64,000 nucleotides of DNA from Terriglobia bacterium (GTDB lineage Bacteria > Acidobacteriota > Terriglobia > Terriglobales > Acidobacteriaceae): positions 33,710-97,709 of the forward strand of contig CAVRZO010000005.1 of the NCBI GenBank assembly GCA_963725615.1, read 5' to 3'. The notes under the pieces were generated by a model. The model searched no databases. It worked only from the letters and a program-made list of their open reading frames with translations, and was not told the origin of the DNA. A program made the position numbers and the translations under genes. How positions within the stretch are numbered: the first letter of the stretch is position 1; each line of letters starts with the position of its first letter. Below are positions 57,333 through 64,000 of the stretch, in pieces.

Positions 57333-57865
57333 TCAAAAATGCAGCACCACGCCTGTGGACAGCCGGAAAATGTTCTGCGTTTTGCCGAAGAAGCGAGTTT
57401 GCAACATGTCTGCTTGCACGCGCCAGCCAATTCCGCGAATCAGCCCGTAGTCGATCCCACCGCCCCAAGCAATGGCAAACGCAGAATCAGAGCCAGAAAA
57501 GCCCAACGCGCTTTCGTTTATATGTGAAGCCCCGAACAATGAGTGTGCAAAAGGCGTGAATTTTCCAACGGCCACGGAAGCCCGGGGGCCTAACAGGAGA
57601 CTATGCACGCCCGTACTTACGCTGATGGGTGGCACGACCGGAACGTTTTGGGAACCATAAAGGCCACTGAAATCAGTTACGATTCCGATGCAGGGAAGTA
57701 TCTTACCTTCGAGGGACCCATTCCAGCCGTTCAAATTAGTGCGGCCGTTGAATGAGAGGCCTGCACTGGCAAAGGAATATCCAAGAAAGAGCTCCCCCTG
57801 GTTGGGATTTGGGCTAGGCTTGCTGTTGGCGACAGCAGCAGAACGAAGGCGATGAGTTTGTGCAC
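57333..57865 (-). pseudogene. small outer-membrane beta-barrel protein (OmpA-like beta-barrel/OmpW-like), 1 frame break at a C5/G5 run
   Basis: My translation from GTG 57865: VHKLIAFVLLLSPTASLAQIPTRG|ELFLGYSFASAGLSFNGRTNLNGWNGSLEGK.... It continues in ORF 57333-57734 and ends ...FRLSTGVVLHF* (C-terminal Phe). The break is at ccccc 57794-57798. One extra base would restore the frame. Confidence 0.6.
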
Positions 57866-57949
57866 AAAATCTTTTCCAGGGATTTTTGATTTTGGGTTCT
57901 CAGGGAAACATTGTCAATAAGAAAGGTCTGGCCAATTTCAGATACGTCG

Positions 57950-58301
57950 GCTTATTGAGGCCAGGAGACGGCCCCTGGATGTGGTCGAGGAGCTTGCGGC
58001 GCGGCTCCGGGATCACTTTCCAGGAATCCAGATTGTGGGTCGTACGCTCTGCCGTTCAGACCTCTTACACAGGAGGATGCCGCCTTGCTCGTGACGAAGA
58101 TCAATGACGCGAGTCAAGGAGGAATTTTTTGCCGAACACCATGTCGGCAGAGTCATCGTACATGGTCCTAATCGGCGCGGGGAAGCTCTCGACTTTTACG
58201 CCGGAGTGAAACCGCAAGCGCCGCGCTGGATGATGCGCGCCCGGGCTCGAGTGGTTTTCCGCGTGCTGTCGGAGCCGCGGTGGCTCGGGTTCGCTATTTA
58301 A
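57950..58301 (+). pseudogene. degraded remnant of a second WecG/TagA-family (GT26) gene
   Basis: Three frames carry successive GT26-like pieces. These are ...DVVEELAARLRDHFPGIQIVG, then YALPFRPLTQEDAALLVTKINDAS, then ...EALDFYAGVKPQAPRWMMRARARVVFRVLSEPRWLG (compare the intact copy: GAAFDFHTGRAKNAPDWVKKAGLQWLHRLLQEPSRLW). The N-terminal half is missing, and substitutions as well as indels are present. Confidence 0.5.
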
Positions 58302-58516
58302 GGGACAATCCCGTCGTCATTTGGAATATTCTCCGCCAGGCATTTGGAACGGAGCCGCCGCCACTGCTGGAAGCTAGTTTTGGCCCTCTCAGGCTCAATT
58401 CGACACTGAGCAGGCAGAATCTACCGCTGCTATGAAGCCTTGGAAGAACGCCTCATAGGGCTGGAATCGGGGTAGAATGGTTCGACCGGCGGGTTCCCAG
58501 GCGCGCGTAACGCTTC

Positions 58517-61105
58517 GTGGGGTCTAAGATGTCGCTACAACGCCGAGCTGTCCTTCTATGTGGAGTTGTTCTGGTCGCACTGGATTGGGCGCCTGGAGCC
58601 AAGGGTCAGGTTGCTTCCACCGCCCCTGCACTCACCTTGGTTAGCAAACCCGCCTTGGATCCAGTTCTTAGCTACTCAACCTATCTTGGTGACGATCCCG
58701 CTGGCGCCGCCCCTGCCGCGGCCTGGGACAACCTCGGAAACGCCTGTATTGTCTTTAACACGGTGCTCCAGAAACTGAGCAGTGACGGCTCACTGATCTA
58801 TTCCAAGGGCAGTTTCGGTGGGGCACAGGCTTTTGGCCATGCCGCAGCTATCGATTCTCAAGGTAACTGCTATGTGGCCGGGACTGGAACGATCACCCCG
58901 ACCGCTGGTGCATTTCAAGGAAGCGCGCCGTCAGGACAATTCGTAATGAAATTTGACACAACAGGAGCCGTCGTTTATGCCACCTATCTTGGGGGAAGCG
59001 GAAAAGACACGCCATCCGGGTTAGCGGTGGACCCCTTTGGAAATGCATACCTCGTCGGATCGACGCTTTCTAACGACTTCCCGACAGTGCACCCGTTCCA
59101 GATGGCATTCGGCGGAGGCAATGGGGACGCCTTCGTGGCAGCGCTGAACGCCAGTGGTTCAGGCCTTGTGTATTCGACATATCTGGGCGGCGGTGGTCAG
59201 GACGAGGCACTATCCATTGCGGTAGACAGCGTGGGAAATGCGTACCTTACTGGTGTCACTTCTTCCAGCGATTTTCCAACGAGGGCTCCGTTCCAGCCGA
59301 GTCTCACGGGAACGCAAAACGCTTTTGTGGTTAGCTTGAATTCTGCTGGAAGTCCGGTCTACTCTACGTTTCTTGGGGGCGCAGGTGGTGCGGTTGGCAG
59401 TGGGATTGCTGTCGATTCGACCGGCAACGCCTATTTGACGGGCACGGCTGGCATGGGGTTCCCTCTCGTAAATCCACTTCAGAGTACTCCCAACTCTGCA
59501 TTTATTGCGAAACTTAATTCGTCCGGATCAGCCTTGCTCTATTCAACCTACTTCGGAGTTGAAACGCAGGGGACCGCGATTGCGGTGGACGCAGCACGTC
59601 AGGTTTACATCACAGGATTCATACAGCGATCTACCCTTCCTCCGTTCGCGAACTTGCCTCTCGTGTCCCCTATTCAGAGTGATCTCAATGGGTTTCTCAC
59701 AGATGGATTCGTAAGCGTGCTCGATGCGTCGGGTACATCCGCTCTCTTTTCAACATTTCTAGGGGGAGGACCTAGCGTAAACCGGATCCAAAGTATCGGG
59801 GTGGACTCGGGGGGAGATATTTATGCATCAGGGTTTGGCGCCGGACCTTTCCCGATTCTGAATGCGATTCGTCCCTTCGAGCCATTTCCTCTATGCACCA
59901 ATTTGTGCATCTTCAACCAATCGATTGCGCTTAAGATCGCGCCGCTCTCAGGAACAGTATTGGCTTTCCCCACCGAGGTGGATTTCCAGCGAGAACCCAG
60001 AGCGGTTGGAACCTCCAGTGATGTAGCTTCGGTAATGCTGGCAAACGCGAGCAGTTCGGGCAACATCGCCATGGGTGGCTTCGCGATTGTGGGCGACTAC
60101 GAACAAACTAACGATTGCCCACAAGTTCTATTGGCGGCGACCAATTGCATCCTAAACATAACTTTCACACCAACCGCTGGTGGAACGCGGACCGGCAAGA
60201 TCACCATCACGGATGACTCCCCGGGGAGCCCCCACGTCATGAACCTTGTTGGGATCGGCCTGGTGCCTCAGGCCAATTTGGCTCCCACCATGCTGTCGTT
60301 TTCCTCCCAGCTTATCGCTACTTCCAGTCCTGCTGAGACGGTCACTTTAACCAACCCCGGTGGAGCTACCCTGGAAATTACGCAAGTTTCTGTATCGCGT
60401 GATTTCGCCGAGACGAACGATTGCGGCATCTCTATAGGACCGTCTGCTTCCTGCCACGTCATTGTCACCTTCATCCCGACGATCGCCGGTGTGAGGTCAG
60501 GCTCTTTGACCGTCTCTGATAACGCCGCACCGAGCCCACAGATGGTTTCGCTGTCTGGTATCGGCGTCAATCCGGGCTTGGGTCTGGTCGTTCCTTTGGG
60601 AGGATCCAGTTCGGCCACTGTTTCCGCCGGACAAGCCGCTTCCTACGCTCTATCGATTGGAGGCGCAGGGATGAGTACGGTGGCTTCATTAAGTTGCACG
60701 GGCGCACCGAAAGGCGCGAATTGCTCGGTGCCTACGAGCGAATCGGTCAGTGCCACCGTTCTTGCAACATTCAATGTCAGCGTGACCACCACACTGCGCA
60801 CCGCTGCCAGCATCCCTTCAACTGTTCCTCCTGCTTGGATCTCAGGCCTTTGCTTGGGGCCGATAGCTATCTTGGGGATAATGTTCCTCTCAGGGGCACG
60901 CACGCCAAAAGGCTCCGTCGTGCGATATCTCAGGCTTGCGCCTTTGTTGTTGTTGGCCTTTCTCGGTTCGTGCGGCGGAGGCAGCAGTCCCGGCGGTTCA
61001 GGGTCTAATCCGAATGGAACTCCGGCCGGAACTTACACACTACAGGTAGTGGCAGCTTCCAGTTCCGGCACCGAGACAGTCCCTCTTACATTGACCGTAC
61101 TGTAA
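58517..61105 (+). CDS. large secreted surface protein: SBBP-type beta-propeller repeats plus choice-of-anchor-D/HYDIN-like Ig domains, with an unusual C-terminal module
   Basis: Signal: MSLQRRAVLLCGVVLVALDWAPGAKGQ. Repeated ...YSTYLGGSG.D...AVD..GNAYLTG.T.S.DFP... units (SBBP repeats). Then ...TNDCPQVLLAATNCILNITFTPTAGGTRTGKITITDDSPGSPH... and ...ETNDCGISIGPSASCHVIVTFIPTIAGVRSGSLTVSDNAAPSPQ... (choice-of-anchor-D style). GTG start per the ORF track; ATG 58529 is the alternative. Confidence 0.8.
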   Translation: MGSKMSLQRRAVLLCGVVLVALDWAPGAKGQVASTAPALTLVSKPALDPVLSYSTYLGDDPAGAAPAAAWDNLGNACIVFNTVLQKLSSDGSLIYSKGSFGGAQAFGHAAAIDSQGNCYVAGTGTITPTAGAFQGSAPSGQFVMKFDTTGAVVYATYLGGSGKDTPSGLAVDPFGNAYLVGSTLSNDFPTVHPFQMAFGGGNGDAFVAALNASGSGLVYSTYLGGGGQDEALSIAVDSVGNAYLTGVTSSSDFPTRAPFQPSLTGTQNAFVVSLNSAGSPVYSTFLGGAGGAVGSGIAVDSTGNAYLTGTAGMGFPLVNPLQSTPNSAFIAKLNSSGSALLYSTYFGVETQGTAIAVDAARQVYITGFIQRSTLPPFANLPLVSPIQSDLNGFLTDGFVSVLDASGTSALFSTFLGGGPSVNRIQSIGVDSGGDIYASGFGAGPFPILNAIRPFEPFPLCTNLCIFNQSIALKIAPLSGTVLAFPTEVDFQREPRAVGTSSDVASVMLANASSSGNIAMGGFAIVGDYEQTNDCPQVLLAATNCILNITFTPTAGGTRTGKITITDDSPGSPHVMNLVGIGLVPQANLAPTMLSFSSQLIATSSPAETVTLTNPGGATLEITQVSVSRDFAETNDCGISIGPSASCHVIVTFIPTIAGVRSGSLTVSDNAAPSPQMVSLSGIGVNPGLGLVVPLGGSSSATVSAGQAASYALSIGGAGMSTVASLSCTGAPKGANCSVPTSESVSATVLATFNVSVTTTLRTAASIPSTVPPAWISGLCLGPIAILGIMFLSGARTPKGSVVRYLRLAPLLLLAFLGSCGGGSSPGGSGSNPNGTPAGTYTLQVVAASSSGTETVPLTLTVL

Positions 61106-61356
61106 AACGGGCGATTAAACCGAGCGAAAAGCCGTCTGCACCTCGATAACCAGCGTAGGCCTTCGTTGCGTCCCCGAATAGATGAGAAATCCTTGTCCAT
61201 TTCCGAACACCCGACAGCGGAATCCGACGCTACTACCCTGCTCTGACAACAGCCCTGTGGCTGGAATGAGCAACTTAACGAACCCGCGTAGTGGTTTCAG
61301 AATTGCTTCGAACTCGCTAGACCGGGCTAGTTTGTTTTGTCCTCAGCGAGGCTCTA

Positions 61357-61455
61357 ATGCAGAAGCTCCTGCAAGACACGCGCTTCGCCCTTCGGCAGAT
61401 GGCGAGGACCCCAGGCTTCTCTCTGGCTGCGATCCTGTCGCTTGGCGGCTGCGTA
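61357..61455 (+). pseudogene. N-terminal remnant (about 30 codons) of an ADOP/MacB-like ABC permease gene
   Basis: MQKLLQDTRFALRQMARTPGFSLAAILSLG matches the highly stereotyped N-terminus of acidobacterial duplicated orphan permeases (LLQDLRYALRQL.K.PGFT..A.L.LALG). Family resemblance ends after about codon 31. Confidence 0.45.
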
Positions 61456-62070
61456 CCACAACCCAGAGCGACGATTAAACTTAAACTCAGACAAGCTAGT
61501 TTCTTGTCTGTCATGGGGCCCTCCTTACCTCGTAACAAATACCTGAGGGGAAGAGATCGGCCCGATTCCGCCTGCCTTTGAACGGCAGTTCGAGGGGAGT
61601 ATGCGCCCGCGGAAAGACGCGAGTCAAGGGCAGAAAATGGCCAGTTGTTTCGAATTGTGATATTGAGGCAAATATGAACTTGATGGGCGGGAACGGAGTC
61701 GCGCAAGCATTCAGCTGATGTTGTAACATCGCCTCTCTAACAATGTCGGCGGCGTCAAGTGATTTCGAGCGTACTAACCCGTGCACTCCGAATAGCGCCA
61801 TTTCGCTCTAGTTGAAGATGTGCCGTCCAACCAAGGCTCGCTCGCAATCAGGGTTCAGGTCTGGAACTCAGTCCGACCCATGCATCTCTTCGATCCACAC
61901 CGCGATCATGATTACTACTTCTACCTCCCCCCTGTGCCTGCGCCGCCATAAAATCGCAGAGCACTGATGTACTGTAGTTAGACCTCGGCTAGGTGCGGAC
62001 GTATAATCCAAGCTTCCTTCCTCACGGTTTGGTCAGTCCGGCATCGCAGAAATGCTCCGGAGGAAACGCG

Positions 62071-64000
62071 ATGAGTAACACCGCGGCCCACAGGTTGCTT
62101 CGCACTTTACATCGAAGACCTTTGCCGTGTCTGGCTGGCGCGATAGTAGTGTTTGCTGTCCTGATGGTCTGTTCGGCTCAGAATGCGCCGGATGACCCGC
62201 ATTTCAGCTCACAAGTCTCAGCACGGCGACCGCAATTAAGCCCCCTCACCGCTGATGGCAAGAGAACTCTTCAAGCCGTCACTATGGAAGCCTATTTCAG
62301 GCCTTCGTTGCGATCGCAACGAGAGGCTTCCCGACAACACGCTGTGCCTGCTCCACAATTCGGTCAGTTCGTAGAGCCCCTTACGTATTCCACGGGCGGC
62401 CTACCGGTGTGGGTGGCCTCTGGTGACTTCAACGGCGACGGTAAGGTCGACCTGTCAGTAGCAAACGCGTGTCCACGCCCAGTTAGTCCATTCGGTTGCG
62501 AAAGCAGCGGTTCGATAGGCATTCTCCTGGGCAATGGAGACGGGAGCTTCCGGCCCGAAGTGAGTGTCGCGTCCGGAGGTGAAGACCCACGCTCGATCAC
62601 GGTAGCGGATCTCAATTCTGACGGCAAACTCGATCTTGTGGTCGCTAACTTGGATCTTTCGACCATAAGCGTGCTGCTGGGCAATGGGGACGGCACCTTT
62701 CGCCCTGCCGCGAACTATGGACCCGGAAGCCATCCCGTTTCAATCGCTGTCGCAGACGTAAATGGCGATGGCAAGCTCGATTTGGCGACCGCAGACGCTA
62801 GCACCGCGGGCAACACCGTGAGTGTTTTCTTGGGAAACGGTGACGGTTCGTTGCAGCCCAACGTGGACTATAGCGTCGGTTCCCCGCCCAGTTCCGTAGC
62901 AGCGGGGGATTTCAACGGTGACCGCATCGCCGACTTGGCGGTGGTCACTAATGCTGGGGTCACTGTGCTCTTGGGCAACGGCGATGGTAGCTTTCAATCG
63001 GGCACCATTTACCCCGCCGGCGGCAATCCCAGCTCGCTGACGCTCGGCGATTTCAATGGTGACGGTCATCTCGATTTAGCGACTGCCAACTTCAACAACA
63101 CTGCCAGCGTATTTCCCGGCAATGGGGATGGCACACTCCGCCCCCGCACAGACTATCCGACCGGGACCGACCCAACCTCGGTGGCGACCGCAGACCTCAA
63201 TGGCGATGGCAAGCTGGATCTGATCGTTGGCAATTCATTGAGTAACACGGTCAGTGTGCTCCTGGGGAGTGGCACGGGGGCATTTGGAATGCGCATCGAC
63301 TACGGGACCGGCGATGATCCGTTTCCACTGACGGTTGGAGATCTCAATAGCGACGGCAGCGCAGACGTGGTCACTGCAAACTTTAGAGACCAGACGGTGA
63401 CCGTGCTGCTTGGCAACGGAAGCGGGCGGCTTCGGGGCGTAGAGAACTTCCCGACAGGAAACACTCCCTTCTCAGCAACAATGGGGGACTTCAACGGTGA
63501 TGGCAAGGTGGATTTTGTTACCGCAAACTCTTGCGGTAGCGACCCCCAATGTGGATCTCCGACGACGGGTTCCGTCAGCGTCTTGTTAGGAAATGGGGAT
63601 GGGAGATTTCAGACCCACGTGGATTATGTCACGGGAAGTGGACCGTTATCGATAGCCACGGCGGATTTCAACCGCGATGGCAAGGCGGACTTAGCGACGG
63701 CCAATGCCAATGCAAACAGCGTGAGCGTCCTGCTGAACCGCGGCGACGGCACTTTCGTTTCTCACGTCGACTATGCAACCGGAAAGGTCCCCAACTCGGT
63801 TATCACGGGAGACTTCAATGGAGACGGCAACATCGACTTAGCTCTTACGAACCTCAGAGACGCCACAGTAAGCGTGCTCCTGAATAGCGGCGACGGCACC
63901 TTCGGTTCGCACGTGGACTATGGCACAGACCTTTCTCCGAGGTGGTTGACTGTGGCTGACTTCAACGCCGACGGCAAGCCCGATCTGGTCACAGCTAACT
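62071..64000 (+). CDS. FG-GAP/VCBS-repeat surface protein (3' end outside window)
   Basis: ATG 62071 is preceded by GGAGGAAA. Frame 1 is open to the window end, so it is absent from the ORF track. TM/signal: LPCLAGAIVVFAVLMVCSAQ. At least 12 repeats follow of the type ..GDFNGDGK.DL..AN.....VSVLLGNGDGTF......Y..G..P.S.... Confidence 0.85.
   Translation, partial: MSNTAAHRLLRTLHRRPLPCLAGAIVVFAVLMVCSAQNAPDDPHFSSQVSARRPQLSPLTADGKRTLQAVTMEAYFRPSLRSQREASRQHAVPAPQFGQFVEPLTYSTGGLPVWVASGDFNGDGKVDLSVANACPRPVSPFGCESSGSIGILLGNGDGSFRPEVSVASGGEDPRSITVADLNSDGKLDLVVANLDLSTISVLLGNGDGTFRPAANYGPGSHPVSIAVADVNGDGKLDLATADASTAGNTVSVFLGNGDGSLQPNVDYSVGSPPSSVAAGDFNGDRIADLAVVTNAGVTVLLGNGDGSFQSGTIYPAGGNPSSLTLGDFNGDGHLDLATANFNNTASVFPGNGDGTLRPRTDYPTGTDPTSVATADLNGDGKLDLIVGNSLSNTVSVLLGSGTGAFGMRIDYGTGDDPFPLTVGDLNSDGSADVVTANFRDQTVTVLLGNGSGRLRGVENFPTGNTPFSATMGDFNGDGKVDFVTANSCGSDPQCGSPTTGSVSVLLGNGDGRFQTHVDYVTGSGPLSIATADFNRDGKADLATANANANSVSVLLNRGDGTFVSHVDYATGKVPNSVITGDFNGDGNIDLALTNLRDATVSVLLNSGDGTFGSHVDYGTDLSPRWLTVADFNADGKPDLVTAN

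Noticed and set aside
62400-64000. Regularly spaced DNA repeats that could be mistaken for an array
   Set aside because: They are the coding repeats of the FG-GAP/VCBS protein, with an imperfect period of about 180-200 nt, in frame. There are no identical direct repeats with unique spacers, so this is not a CRISPR.
1-64000. Search by eye for mobile-element genes, prophage genes, toxin-antitoxin pairs or known defence-system hallmarks
   Set aside because: I recognised no transposase, integrase, recombinase, nuclease/helicase, Cas, restriction-modification or abortive-infection signature in any frame. The accessory character of the window is glycan-related only. A formal HMM scan could still find something I cannot see by eye.

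Overview
High-GC (about 55-62% by eye) bacterial chromosomal window that is almost entirely cell-envelope polysaccharide biosynthesis. Several proteins suggest Acidobacteriota: an ADOP-permease N-terminal remnant, SBBP and FG-GAP/VCBS surface proteins, and a giant multi-SLBB exporter. That assignment is inference only. Two loci sit side by side. Locus A (1-25451, mixed orientation) holds GT1/GT2 transferases, a Wzy-like protein, and an ATGA-coupled operon of ArnC-like GT2, methyltransferase, WecE-like aminotransferase and methyltransferase. It also holds two AsnB-type amidotransferases, a NodU/CmcH carbamoyltransferase, a glucuronyl C5-epimerase-like gene, a WecA-family initiator and a Wza exporter. 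Locus B (29911-54082, all plus strand, many ATGA/TGATG couplings) starts with a receiver-like gene, a roughly 1190-aa multi-SLBB exporter and a PAP2-Wzi fusion. It continues with a WcaJ-type initiator, a PCP without kinase, Wzx, Wzy, GT1 genes, an SDR plus DegT aminotransferase, a GDP-mannose-3,5-epimerase-like gene and a GT26. Between the loci lies a short block: a Pro/Ala-rich membrane protein, an LLM oxidoreductase, an NlpC/P60 protein and a LuxR-type regulator. The right end (54-64 kb) looks lower in GC and patchy, with gene remnants and large surface proteins. At least ten SAM methyltransferase genes are present. The main anomaly is about 35 reading-frame breaks in 16 genes left of 36.5 kb, against none in the next 18 genes. 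I label frame-broken genes 'pseudogene (as assembled)', although they may be consensus errors. No rRNA, tRNA, CRISPR, transposase or integrase was recognised. All family assignments rest on motif recognition by eye; no searches were run.
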